From: an uncultured Candidatus Saccharibacteria bacterium
Lineage (GTDB): Bacteria; Patescibacteriota; Minisyncoccia; 2-02-FULL-40-12
NCBI GenBank assembly: GCA_964368135.1
Contig: CAYIZI010000001.1
Span: 42,926-106,925 of the forward strand
Length of the DNA: 64,000 bases
Direction: 5' to 3'
The position numbers and the translations under genes were made by a program. Shown here piece by piece: positions 25,967 to 35,580 of this stretch (within the stretch, counting starts at the first letter, position 1; each line of letters starts with the position of its first letter). The notes under the pieces are model-generated. The model had not been told where the DNA came from. It worked only from the letters and a program-made list of their open reading frames with translations, and ran no database searches.

Positions 25967-27103
25967 TTATGCTTCTTCATCTTCAACTTCGGTTAAATAT
26001 TTTTCTTCCAAGACATACTGCCCATTGCCTAAGTTCTTGATTATTCCCTTAACTTCCATTGCTGTCAATGCAGAATTAACTTTTTGAACAGTAAAATCCG
26101 AGTTTCTTGCAATTTCGTCAATATTTTTCGGCTCGCCGGTTTTGTTTAAAATGTCAAAAATCCTCTCTTCAATCTGGTTGTCGGGTTTAAATTCTTTTTT
26201 CAAAACAGATCCAAGGTTAAATTTCAAATTCAGCTCCTGAAAAATGTCTTCGGCTCGGGTAACTAAGGCTGCCCCTTGTTTGATGAGCAGATTGGTTCCA
26301 TAAGACATTCTTGAAGAAATATTTCCCGGAATAGCAAAAACCTCGCGGTTTTGCTCAAGGGCATGCCGGGCCGTAATCAAAGCGCCTGACCGCAAAGGTG
26401 CTTCAACAATTAAAACGCCGCGCGATAAACCGCTGATGATTCGGTTTCTGGCAACAAATTTCTCTCTGTCGGCATTCATTCCAAGGGCATGTTCGGAAAT
26501 TAAAGCACCCCGTTCAATAATTTTTCTGGATAGCCCCGCATTTTCCTGCGGAAACAAACTCTTTTCATCCAAACCAGAAGCAACCACGGCGATAGTTCGG
26601 CCTTTGGCGGCTAAAGCCCCTTTATGAGCCTCGGTATCAATCCCTACGGCCATTCCGCTGACAATAGTCAAGCCGGTTTGAGCGAGCTTAAAACCAATCG
26701 TGTAAGCGGTTTCTTTGCCATAACCCGTAGCCAGTCTCGTCCCGACTATCCCGAATGAAAAATCATCTTCTTTCTTTAGCTCTCCTTTGACATAAAAAAA
26801 GAGCGGCGCCGCTGGTATCTGTTTTAAAAGTTTAGGGAACTCCGCCTCATCAGAAACAATCATCTTAACTCTCTCTTTTTCAAGCTTGCGCCACTCTTTT
26901 TCAGGATTTATTTTACTTCGGCCATTCAAAACCGCGGCTAACTCGGTATTTTCTACCGCCCCAGCCCTAAGTTGACTCTCGGATGCTTCAAAACCAGCTT
27001 CAAAATCACCGCCAAAAAAAATTTCAATCTTTTTCAGCGTCTCATAGCCAACACCGGGAACACAATTTAGAGCATTTAAAAATATTTTTTGACTTTGAAT
27101 CAT
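25967..27103 (-). CDS. dprA: DNA-processing protein DprA (Smf)
   Basis: Rossmann-like core GIVGTRLATGYGKETAYTIG...IVSGMAVGIDTEAHKGAL. The dprA-topA arrangement is conserved. Confidence 0.85.
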   Translation of the reverse strand: MIQSQKIFLNALNCVPGVGYETLKKIEIFFGGDFEAGFEASESQLRAGAVENTELAAVLNGRSKINPEKEWRKLEKERVKMIVSDEAEFPKLLKQIPAAPLFFYVKGELKKEDDFSFGIVGTRLATGYGKETAYTIGFKLAQTGLTIVSGMAVGIDTEAHKGALAAKGRTIAVVASGLDEKSLFPQENAGLSRKIIERGALISEHALGMNADREKFVARNRIISGLSRGVLIVEAPLRSGALITARHALEQNREVFAIPGNISSRMSYGTNLLIKQGAALVTRAEDIFQELNLKFNLGSVLKKEFKPDNQIEERIFDILNKTGEPKNIDEIARNSDFTVQKVNSALTAMEVKGIIKNLGNGQYVLEEKYLTEVEDEEA

Positions 27104-27666
27104 AAAATAGAAATAATTTTCTGGGCCGTTTCTTTTACTACTTTACTTACTTTTGTTTTTTCGCTCGCGCCGAAAGGGCTAATCACGAATTTGTTCATTT
27201 CACTCAACCTTTTCCTTTTATCTTTGATTTTTCTTATTTTAGCAAGCTGATTATTAAAAGTGCCGATTCTGATTCGGTAGAATTTATCGGTTTTCAAAGC
27301 CCTGATTATTGATTCAACTCCTTTGTGGCCGGCGGAACCACGAGCAAAAGACATTTTTACCTTGCCGAAAGGAATATCCAGATCGTCATGAACGATGACT
27401 AAATTTTCAATTTTAAATTTTAAATTTTCAATTAACTTCTTAATGGCTTGGCCGGAGTTATTCATAAAAATCTGGGGCTTGGCTAATAATATTTTTTTAC
27501 CGTTGACCTTAATTTCCGAAACTTCTGAATCTGATTTTTTATCAAAAGTGAAACTGCGGCCGTACTCTTTATTTAAATAACCGACCACTCTAAACCCAAG
27601 ATTATGACGAGTATTTTCGTATTCTTCACCGGGATTGCCAAGACCAACAATTAATTTCACTTTCAT
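27100..27666 (-). CDS. pth: Peptidyl-tRNA hydrolase
   Basis: MKVKLIVGLGNPGEEYENTRHNLGF. Start taken at MKVKL (27666). Confidence 0.85.
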   Translation of the reverse strand: MKVKLIVGLGNPGEEYENTRHNLGFRVVGYLNKEYGRSFTFDKKSDSEVSEIKVNGKKILLAKPQIFMNNSGQAIKKLIENLKFKIENLVIVHDDLDIPFGKVKMSFARGSAGHKGVESIIRALKTDKFYRIRIGTFNNQLAKIRKIKDKRKRLSEMNKFVISPFGASEKTKVSKVVKETAQKIISIL

Positions 27667-27700
27667 TTTTCTGAATTTTATTTTATATTTACAAATGAGA

Positions 27701-27762
27701 TAGAAATGAATGAAATTCATTTCTATCGAATGAAATAAATATATAGATACTTATCTATATAT
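27701..27762. promoter_or_regulatory. Two perfect palindromes in the pth/lepB divergent intergenic region
   Basis: TAGAAATGAAT-GAA-ATTCATTTCTA (27701-27725) and ATATAGATA-CTT-ATCTATATAT (27741-27762), read directly. Confidence 0.35.
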
Positions 27763-27767
27763 CATCT

Positions 27768-28370
27768 ATGTTAATGGACGGAGAGATACAAAGTCAAAAG
27801 GAAGAAAGGGGTGGAGGCTTTTTTTTATTTGTCTGGGAAATAGTCAAAATCACTATTCTGGCTTTGGTGATAATCGTGCCGATCCGTTACTTTATCGCCC
27901 AGCCGTTTTTCGTCAAAGGCGCTTCAATGGAGCCGAGTTTTGAGAACGGCGACTATCTAATAATTGACGAAATAAGCTACCGATTCGCAAAGCCCTTGCG
28001 GGGCGATGTGGTTGTTTTCCGTTTCCCCGAAGACCCGAAGCAGTTTTTTATAAAAAGAATTGTCGCTCTGCCCGAGGAAACAATCCAGATAAAAAACGGG
28101 GAAATTATGATTTTCAACGAGTCAAATCCGCTGGGCTTTGTTTTGGACGAATCCGGCTATCTTAGCCCGAATGAAACCACTACCGGCGATTTAAGAATGA
28201 AGCTCGACGATAATGAATACTTTGTTATAGGCGACAATCGCTCCCAAAGCTCTGATTCAAGAAGATGGGGCGCTTTAAACAGACATTTTATTATCGGGAA
28301 AACTTTTATCAGGGCTTGGCCAATAGATAGAGCTAAATATTTCAGGCCAGTCCCCTATCCGGCGAATTAA
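27768..28370 (+). CDS. lepB: Signal peptidase I
   Basis: S26 motifs: GASMEPSF (Ser nucleophile), GDNRSQSSDSRRWG and catalytic-Lys region FIKRIVALPE. Confidence 0.85.
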   Translation: MLMDGEIQSQKEERGGGFFLFVWEIVKITILALVIIVPIRYFIAQPFFVKGASMEPSFENGDYLIIDEISYRFAKPLRGDVVVFRFPEDPKQFFIKRIVALPEETIQIKNGEIMIFNESNPLGFVLDESGYLSPNETTTGDLRMKLDDNEYFVIGDNRSQSSDSRRWGALNRHFIIGKTFIRAWPIDRAKYFRPVPYPAN

Positions 28371-28417
28371 GTTTTTGGAGTAATAAGAGTTGTTCTTTGG
28401 TGAAATTAGACCAAATT

Positions 28418-29212
28418 TTATCTAATCTCGTAAGTAAGAGTAACGTTAATAATTACTTCCTGGGAACCGGGCTCAATTGATGGACCGGCGCCGCCTGCAT
28501 CTTTTGCTATTGTTTCTAATCTAAAAGGAATCGGTCCGCCAAATCCTTCCTGAATTGAAATGAGTTTTCCCAGTCTAAACTTTCCTGCCTTCGACATCAG
28601 TACCGCTTTCTCTCTGGCTTCTTTGATTGCTTTTTCTCGAGCTTCATTTTGAAGTCCAACCGGGTCGTCAATTGTGAAATTAGGACCATAAATCGCATTC
28701 GCCCCGCGCTCAACCGTTCCGGCTAAAATATCCCCGGCTTTATTTAAATCTCTTACCTTAACCGAAAGGCTCTGGCTGATGCTATAACCGATAATTTCCG
28801 GGACATCTGTTGGACAAGGCCGAACTATTTCCGGGAAAGTTTGTAAAATGACCGGCGGACAGTAAACATTGCTGTATCTTGGCGAAATATTATAATACTC
28901 GGTTTTAATATCTTCCTTTTTTATCCCCTGCTCTTTTAAATAATCAATGACTCTATTTATTTTTTCGGTGTTTTGTTTTTGCAAATCAGTCAGATTTTTG
29001 CCGCCTTCAGTCAAGACGCCGATAGAAAGCTGGGCGATATCAGGCACGGCCACCACTTTTCCTTCGCCCGAAACAGTGAAGCTGCGTTCGGGCACCACCG
29101 AACGCGAATAAGCGCTGACGTACCAAAAAACGGCAATTATAAAAAGAAAAAGTAAAACAACTTTTGTTTCTCTAAACCAAAAACCGTGGTAATTTTTAAT
29201 TTCTTTATCCAT
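28418..29212 (-). CDS. SIMPL-domain (DUF541) secreted/membrane-anchored protein
   Basis: N-terminal TM anchor followed by a domain resembling the SIMPL/26-kDa periplasmic protein family (memory-based assignment). Confidence 0.55.
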   Translation of the reverse strand: MDKEIKNYHGFWFRETKVVLLFLFIIAVFWYVSAYSRSVVPERSFTVSGEGKVVAVPDIAQLSIGVLTEGGKNLTDLQKQNTEKINRVIDYLKEQGIKKEDIKTEYYNISPRYSNVYCPPVILQTFPEIVRPCPTDVPEIIGYSISQSLSVKVRDLNKAGDILAGTVERGANAIYGPNFTIDDPVGLQNEAREKAIKEAREKAVLMSKAGKFRLGKLISIQEGFGGPIPFRLETIAKDAGGAGPSIEPGSQEVIINVTLTYEIR

Positions 29213-29226
29213 ATTTTAAGTATAGA

Positions 29227-29370
29227 CTATTTCTGCAATTTTTTCCAGAGCCAGCCAATTGCCAAAATCCCGACGATCAGCCAGACAATAGAGTTTAAAC
29301 CAAGAATGAACCCCCAAAAGCCCAGCCATCCGGAGTCCATCATACCGTACCCCCAAAAATTCCCCATCAT
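29227..29370 (-). CDS. Possible unannotated 47-aa small membrane protein
   Basis: Minus-strand ORF MMGNFWGYGMMDSGWLGFWGFILGLNSIVWLIVGILAIGWLWKKLQK, read manually. It is below the length cut-off of the ORF track and fills the gap between two genes. Confidence 0.25.
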   Translation of the reverse strand: MMGNFWGYGMMDSGWLGFWGFILGLNSIVWLIVGILAIGWLWKKLQK

Positions 29371-29376
29371 AAACTT

Positions 29377-29748
29377 TTATATCTTATTTTTAATTCTTCG
29401 ACCTGATAGAAAATAAAGCGCTAACGGCGCTCCCCAATTAGCCCAACGTTCAACAAAATCCCAGACTGGCTGGCCGACAAGCGGCCGGATAAGCGCCGTC
29501 CAAAATCCCCAAAACGCCATCCATAATAAAACGGGGCGAATTGGTTTAACTAACACTAAAATTGCCAAAGCGACATCTATAATGCCGATAAAAACTAAAA
29601 GTTGGGTTGCTAACCCAGTATCATAAACACCAAAATTTAAAAACCAGTTAATCCAATCTTTTTTACCCTGTAAAGCAAGCACGCCATGGCCCAAAAACTC
29701 ACCAAAAACCGCAACCCGTAAAATCCATTCAATAAGTTTTGTATTCAT
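29377..29748 (-). CDS. DoxX-family membrane protein
   Basis: 123 aa with 4 TM helices and a DoxX-like N-terminus (LRVAVFGEFLGHGVLAL). Confidence 0.6.
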   Translation of the reverse strand: MNTKLIEWILRVAVFGEFLGHGVLALQGKKDWINWFLNFGVYDTGLATQLLVFIGIIDVALAILVLVKPIRPVLLWMAFWGFWTALIRPLVGQPVWDFVERWANWGAPLALYFLSGRRIKNKI

Positions 29749-31781
29749 AAAACTTTCTTTTTTAATAATAGCGCGTTTACCGCCACAATTACAGTTGATA
29801 AAGACATAAACAAAGCGGCTAAAGCCGGTTCAAGTATAATTCCTTTTGAGTACATCGCGCCGGCCGCCAAAGGCAAAGCCACCACATTGTAGCCGGTTGC
29901 CCAGAAAAGATTCTGCATCATTTTGGCATAAGTCAGGTGAGAAAGCTTAATAATCTTAACGATGTCTCTTGGGTCATTTTTAGCTAAAATTATCCCGGCC
30001 GACTCAATCGCCACATTAGTGCCGGCGCCAATGGCAATGCCTAAATCTGCCTGAACCAAGGCCGGAGCATCATTAATCCCATCCCCCACCATTGCCACTT
30101 TAACTCCCTTTGCTTGTAAAGCTCTGATTTTTTCCGACTTCTCATGAGGAAGAACTTTTGAAAAATATTCCTCGATGACAAGCTCTTTTGCCACCCAAGA
30201 AGCAACATCTTCCGAATCGCCGGTAATCATCGAAACTTTTACACCCATTTTCTTCAAATCTTTTATTGCTTCCTTTGATTCGTCTCTGATTAAATCGGCT
30301 AAAGCTAAAACTCCGGCCAACTCTTTTTCTTGAATGACGTAGATAATCGTCTCTCCTTTCCCGCTCTCAGCGTCAACTTCTTTTTTGATTTCCGGCGGAA
30401 CTGAAACTCCGGAATCAATTAAAATAACATAACCGCCCACCATAACTTCCCTGCCGTTCAAAATTCCCTTAACCCCTTTGCCGGGAATCCTGACAAAATC
30501 TTTTACTTCCGAAGTCACTACTCCTACTTCCTTTGCCTTTTTCACAATAGCCCTTGAAATATAATGCTCGGAATGAAAACCTATTGAAGCCGCCAATCGC
30601 AAAACTTCTTTCTCATCTTGGACCTTAAGGGACCAGATTTTGGTTATACCAAACTCACCCTTAGTCAAAGTTCCTGTTTTATCAAAGATAACCAGGTTAA
30701 CTTTTCGAGCAAGCTCTAAAGCAAGGCGTTGTTTCACTAAAAAACCCTGCCTGGCAGCAAGAGTGGTTGAAATCGACGCCACCAAAGGAACAGCCAAACC
30801 CAAAGCATGAGGACAAGCAATGACTAAAACCGCCACTAATCGTTCAAGAGCAAACCCGAACCCAGCTTGTGCCAGAATCCATAATACAAATGTAAGAGCT
30901 CCGCCACCGATGGCGATTATGGTAAGGTAAAAAGCGGCTCGGTCAGAAAGAATCTGAAGCCGCGATTTTGAGGCCTGGGCTTCTTTGACCAGCCGCATCA
31001 CTCCGGCTAAAAACGTCTTCTCGCCTACTTTGATTACTTTGACTTTTAACGAACCGTCACCGTTAATGGTACCGGCAATAACTTCTTTACTGATATCTTT
31101 TTCAACTGGTTTTGATTCTCCAGTAATCGCCGCTTCATTGACATGCGACTTTCCTTCTATAACCCTTCCGTCAGCCGGAATTCTGGCTCCAGGCCTGATG
31201 AAAACAATGTCGCCTTCTTTCAACTCCGCCAACTGAATTGTTTCCAGCTTTCCGTCCCTTTCAATTTCGGCTGTATCCGGCAAAAGTTTTGAAAGTTCTT
31301 TTAATGCCCCTTGAGCCGAACTGACAGCCCGCATTTCCATATAGTGACCAAGGAGCATAACCGTAATTAAAGTGGTCAATTCCCAGAAAAGCGTTTCCCT
31401 CTGACCTAAAATAACGGCTCCAACGCTGTAAAAATAAGCTGTTGAAATGGCCAGACCGATTAAAGTCATCATCCCGGGCAGTCGGGCTTTTAATTCGCGG
31501 GCTGCCCCCTCAAGGAAAATCCAGCCGCCATAGAAAAAAACAATTGAGCCAAAAATAAGCGGAAAAAATACAGGGAATTCCTTAAAAACAAAATTGTAAA
31601 GAACCACTGGAACGGTCAAAACCAAACTGACCCAAAATTTTTTGAGAAACATCTCAGTAGTGTGACCGGCGTGTTTTTTATATTCTTCTTCTCTGGCCGG
31701 CAAAAGATTCATTCCGCACTCACTGCAAATGCCCGGAGTCTCACTCCTTATATTTGGATGCATCGGACAAGTATAAATCAT
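29745..31781 (-). CDS. Heavy-metal-translocating P1B-type ATPase with a CPH transmembrane motif (CopB-like) and an N-terminal TCPMHP...CxxC metal-binding motif
   Basis: DKTGTLT phosphorylation site, GDGINDAP hinge, IACPHALGLA in TM6 and N-terminal YTCPMHPNIRSETPGICSECGM. Confidence 0.85.
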   Translation of the reverse strand: MIYTCPMHPNIRSETPGICSECGMNLLPAREEEYKKHAGHTTEMFLKKFWVSLVLTVPVVLYNFVFKEFPVFFPLIFGSIVFFYGGWIFLEGAARELKARLPGMMTLIGLAISTAYFYSVGAVILGQRETLFWELTTLITVMLLGHYMEMRAVSSAQGALKELSKLLPDTAEIERDGKLETIQLAELKEGDIVFIRPGARIPADGRVIEGKSHVNEAAITGESKPVEKDISKEVIAGTINGDGSLKVKVIKVGEKTFLAGVMRLVKEAQASKSRLQILSDRAAFYLTIIAIGGGALTFVLWILAQAGFGFALERLVAVLVIACPHALGLAVPLVASISTTLAARQGFLVKQRLALELARKVNLVIFDKTGTLTKGEFGITKIWSLKVQDEKEVLRLAASIGFHSEHYISRAIVKKAKEVGVVTSEVKDFVRIPGKGVKGILNGREVMVGGYVILIDSGVSVPPEIKKEVDAESGKGETIIYVIQEKELAGVLALADLIRDESKEAIKDLKKMGVKVSMITGDSEDVASWVAKELVIEEYFSKVLPHEKSEKIRALQAKGVKVAMVGDGINDAPALVQADLGIAIGAGTNVAIESAGIILAKNDPRDIVKIIKLSHLTYAKMMQNLFWATGYNVVALPLAAGAMYSKGIILEPALAALFMSLSTVIVAVNALLLKKKVL

Positions 31782-31790
31782 ATAAAGAAA

Positions 31791-32249
31791 CTACTTAAAC
31801 CAAATTGGTATTTCCAGGGCGTCATCATATTCCGGTAGACCGGAGGGATTGCTTTTTTGTAAAATCAAGTACCCGCGCCGACTAAAATGGTTTTCATCTG
31901 CCCCGGGGAAGGCCGGACTTTCAAATTCCAGCACCGCCTTAAACGGCACATACTCTTCGGTCATCCATTCGTCTTGGGCCTGGGCATAATGCTGGGCGAT
32001 TATCAGACCGTCCCAGTTTGTGAGCACCACCGGAAAAGTGGCTTCAAAAAACCAATAACCCCGCGCCTCGCCTTCTATTATAAGAGGGCTTGAGATGGCT
32101 TGGTTTGGCCTGGGCGTAAAAACTCTGATTAAACCGGGTTTTTCAGCAATGGGTTCTACTTTTTCACCTTCTTTAGAAAAAAAGGAAAACCACGAAGCCA
32201 AGGCAGCCGCAGCGATAATTATTAAAATAACAGGTAATCTCTTAGACAT
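31791..32249 (-). CDS. Gmad2-like immunoglobulin-like domain lipoprotein/secreted protein
   Basis: Signal/TM N-terminus. The fold assignment is from memory of PF10648-type sequences (PLIIEGEARGYWFFEATFPVVL). Confidence 0.45.
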   Translation of the reverse strand: MSKRLPVILIIIAAAALASWFSFFSKEGEKVEPIAEKPGLIRVFTPRPNQAISSPLIIEGEARGYWFFEATFPVVLTNWDGLIIAQHYAQAQDEWMTEEYVPFKAVLEFESPAFPGADENHFSRRGYLILQKSNPSGLPEYDDALEIPIWFK

Positions 32250-32261
32250 TATTTGAAAATA

Positions 32262-33482
32262 CTATAATGCTTCTTCGGTGTAAATATTGGCCGGGTTCCA
32301 GAGCATAAAGCCGCGGTACTGTTCGGCATCTTCTCCGCCAAAAGCATCAATCACCGCCTGAATCTGGGCCTGGACTTTTTCAACGTCATAATCAGCGCCA
32401 AGGTCAAAATCCTGAAGCCAAGGCCGCAAAGAAACACTGGCCTTGCTATTATTTAATCTAACCAAAGCCGCATCCATTGACTTGCGAACCACTTCATAAG
32501 GATATTCGGCCGGTTTTCTCTGTCCTTCGGAGGCGATTCCCGTGCCTTCGGCACGTGAACCTTCGCCTGAACCTGGCGGGTCAAGAAACGACAGCGGGAA
32601 ATGGGACGGATAAAGCATCGGTGAAACAAAATCAAAATAATCATAGGCATCTTCAATCATCTGGCCGACTCCAAAATCATAAAAAGTGTCGGCGGCCAAA
32701 CCGAAAAGGTCTACTGAAAGCGTCGCGTCAGGCATTTGGCGCCGAATCTCTTTGTAAAAATCTTTTATCACTAAACTCATCAGCCGTTTGCCGTCCCAAA
32801 CCGGAAACTTTCGGTCGTCCAAATCGCCATCGGTCGGAAAACGGATGTAGTCAAAATTTATCTCGTCAAAGCCGCGGTCCCAGGTATCGCGGGCAATTTT
32901 AATATTGTAATCCCATGAGACGCTGGCCGCCGGGTCAATCCAAGCCAAACCTTTGTAATCGCGCCAAATATCGTCGGAGGCAGTAGCACTTTCGCTCAAC
33001 TTTATGCTTTTAACCGCCAGCTCTGGCCGAGCCGCAGCTAAAACTGGATCCTGAAACACCGCGAGCCGGGCAATGACATAAATATTTTCATCATGAAGCC
33101 GCTTGATTAAAGCATTGGGTCTCGGGAAAAGATACGTTTTACCGGAAAAATCTTTTATGTCTATGACCACCGCGTTTATTTTCCCGGCCCGGGCCAAATT
33201 TATCACCTCCTGAATCTTGGCTTCTTTGCCGCCTGACCAGCCGGTCAAATAAATTGCTCTCACCACCTTTGGCGGGTCTTCAATTTGCTTTTGCGCTTCA
33301 ATATCCGGAAGAAAAGCGGTTCTTAAAACTGTTGGTAAAGGAGTAGCCGGAGTTGGAGAAACTAAAGATTCGGCCTCGGATAATGAATTTTCCACCTCAA
33401 TCATTCTACCGGGCAGATAAAAGAAAAAAAATCCGACTGCGGCCAGAGCCAAAATTATTAAGATCAGAATCAGAAACTTCAC
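32262..33482 (-). CDS. Membrane-anchored putative glycoside-hydrolase-like TIM-barrel protein (DUF4015/GHL-like)
   Basis: N-terminal TM anchor, then a domain with VRAIYLTGW...AVVIDIKD...YVIARL pattern resembling hypothetical glycosyl-hydrolase-like families. Tentative. Confidence 0.4.
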   Translation of the reverse strand: MKFLILILIILALAAVGFFFFYLPGRMIEVENSLSEAESLVSPTPATPLPTVLRTAFLPDIEAQKQIEDPPKVVRAIYLTGWSGGKEAKIQEVINLARAGKINAVVIDIKDFSGKTYLFPRPNALIKRLHDENIYVIARLAVFQDPVLAAARPELAVKSIKLSESATASDDIWRDYKGLAWIDPAASVSWDYNIKIARDTWDRGFDEINFDYIRFPTDGDLDDRKFPVWDGKRLMSLVIKDFYKEIRRQMPDATLSVDLFGLAADTFYDFGVGQMIEDAYDYFDFVSPMLYPSHFPLSFLDPPGSGEGSRAEGTGIASEGQRKPAEYPYEVVRKSMDAALVRLNNSKASVSLRPWLQDFDLGADYDVEKVQAQIQAVIDAFGGEDAEQYRGFMLWNPANIYTEEAL

Positions 33483-33523
33483 TCTTTAATTATTATATAG
33501 AGTATTGAAAAAAACCGCCAAAC

Positions 33524-34279
33524 TCATAGAGTATGACCAAAATCAAGCGGATATATTCCGCCCGAAGAACGGACAAAACAAAACCGTATGACGGTATCAA
33601 CAAATTCCTGAACCCCTTCTTTATCACTTATCGGGTATTTGATAATTGAGCCGGCTCGAATCTCCTGCCACTCTTTATCAGTAATATCATCTGGCTTTAG
33701 AACCGGCCCGGGGGCAATTGAATTTATGAAAATACCTCTCGGCCCGAGTTCAACCGCCAAAGCCCGGGTCATGGCCGCGACTGCCGATTTAGTAACCACA
33801 TAGGGCAGATGATCCGCATAGATTTTTCCGATTGAAGTCCGGTCAGCCACGGTAATAATGTGTGAACCGGCTGGCATCAAAGGCAAACTCAACTGAACCG
33901 GCCAGAAAGTGCCTTTAATGTGGGCCGCGAAATTTCCATCCCAGTCCTTGTCTAAAATTTCTTCCAGCTTCACCGGCTTAAACATAGATGCCAGTAAAAT
34001 CAGGATATCCAATTTGCCAAACTTGTTTTTGATTTGCTTAACGGCTGTGACAACACTTTCCCGATCACTTACATCAACCTGAATCAATAAAACTTTTCTT
34101 TTAAATTTTTTGACTTTTTTGGCAGTCTGGTCAGCTTCTTCTTTTGATGACCGATAGCTGATCGCTAAATCCGCACCCAGCTCGGCCAAAGCCGCAGCAA
34201 TTTCCTGGCCAATCCGTTTTCCGCCGGTAATCCAGACAGTCTTGCCTCTTAGAGAGTGTCGTTTTAAAAATTCAGTCAT
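33524..34279 (-). CDS. SDR-family oxidoreductase
   Basis: TGGKRIGQEIA Rossmann motif and a short-chain dehydrogenase core. Confidence 0.75.
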   Translation of the reverse strand: MTEFLKRHSLRGKTVWITGGKRIGQEIAAALAELGADLAISYRSSKEEADQTAKKVKKFKRKVLLIQVDVSDRESVVTAVKQIKNKFGKLDILILLASMFKPVKLEEILDKDWDGNFAAHIKGTFWPVQLSLPLMPAGSHIITVADRTSIGKIYADHLPYVVTKSAVAAMTRALAVELGPRGIFINSIAPGPVLKPDDITDKEWQEIRAGSIIKYPISDKEGVQEFVDTVIRFCFVRSSGGIYPLDFGHTL

Positions 34280-34328
34280 AACTATATCCTACCAGATTTT
34301 TGAACTAAAATATGCAGGCTAAAAACGA

Positions 34329-35579
34329 TTAGTGTCTAAAACTGAAAATCATCTTAATAAATGAAAGTAAGTAATAGACAAAATTTCCCCCTTGTTTAAC
34401 AAGAGTTATCTCAACTTGCTGGTTTTGAGTCGCTACGTTTAAAACCTCGTCCAAGTAGCCTTCAGCAGAAACGTTTAACTGAAGGAGGCTGTCATTTTTC
34501 AGATAAGGAAGCTCAAAATAACCGTTGCTTCTGGTTGTCGCGGACCTGTAATTATTTTTAACAATGGCTCCGGCAATGGGCCTATCCAGCCTATCTTTAA
34601 CAAAACCGGAAATAAGTAAAGGTTTATAAAAAGACTTTATGACTTCAACTGCCGGGGCAGGCATTCCTTTTTCATTCCACAACTGGGTTGAACCTCCGAT
34701 ATTAGTCCAATAGTTTATGCCTTTTAATTCTTCAATTTTTACTAACTCTTCCAGGGCGCTTTCTATCCAAGCCGCCTGGCCAGCTTTAGAAAGCCGGCCG
34801 TGGATATCCGGAATCGGAGCCCCGAACTCGCCCAAAACAACTTCTCCTCCGCTTATCTTGGCAAAATTTTTGATATCGCTGACGAGTTTCTCCACGGTTC
34901 TTACATAGTGGTCAATAGTAACTGCGCCGCCAAGGTTTTCAGTCGTGCTTTTATTCATAACCAACCTGGCAACATCTCCGTTCATTGAAAAATAGCTGGC
35001 TTTGACATCCTTATCTATTTTTTCAAAGGCGGCTTGGACTTTGTTGTACTCGTTGATCAAAAACTGCCTGTGGCCTGAAACATCGCCGTTATGCCTTGGG
35101 TCGCCCGGCCCGCCGTTCTCGCATTCAGGACAAGCGGTAAATATGTCGCCGTCTTCAAATAAGTTTTCGTTGTTCAATATAAACTTTTCGGTCAAAGCAA
35201 TATGGTTAGCCCTTGATATAATAGGATAATCAAACCAACCTTCCCAGCCTGACCAGTTACCCCTGAACCAAACATTAAGGTTATATTTTCTCGCCGCCGC
35301 CACCCACCGCCTAAGCATCGGCAGAAACTCCGCGTCATAAGGCGTGCCGACGGCCACATGGGTGGCGCCGGTGCCAGCGATAGCTTTTATTTGTTGGTCT
35401 ATTACCGCGTCAAAAGAACGGACATTAAGTTTTTCTCTGGCCAAATCTCTTGAATACTTCATTGTGTCTATGGATTGGACTTCCCAGAAAGTTGTCCTGC
35501 TCTCTTCCTGCGCATTTGAAATAGAAAAAACCGTAAATAGATAGATGATAAAAACAAAAATAAACGATTTGATTTTCAT
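34329..35579 (-). CDS. Secreted glycosyl-hydrolase-like protein with a C-terminal carboxypeptidase-regulatory-like beta-sandwich domain
   Basis: Signal peptide. The C-terminal ISGFVKDRLDRPIAGAIVK...SNGYFEL matches the CarboxypepD_reg-like pattern. The catalytic-domain family is uncertain. Confidence 0.4.
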   Translation of the reverse strand: MKIKSFIFVFIIYLFTVFSISNAQEESRTTFWEVQSIDTMKYSRDLAREKLNVRSFDAVIDQQIKAIAGTGATHVAVGTPYDAEFLPMLRRWVAAARKYNLNVWFRGNWSGWEGWFDYPIISRANHIALTEKFILNNENLFEDGDIFTACPECENGGPGDPRHNGDVSGHRQFLINEYNKVQAAFEKIDKDVKASYFSMNGDVARLVMNKSTTENLGGAVTIDHYVRTVEKLVSDIKNFAKISGGEVVLGEFGAPIPDIHGRLSKAGQAAWIESALEELVKIEELKGINYWTNIGGSTQLWNEKGMPAPAVEVIKSFYKPLLISGFVKDRLDRPIAGAIVKNNYRSATTRSNGYFELPYLKNDSLLQLNVSAEGYLDEVLNVATQNQQVEITLVKQGGNFVYYLLSFIKMIFSFRH

Positions 35580-35580
35580 A

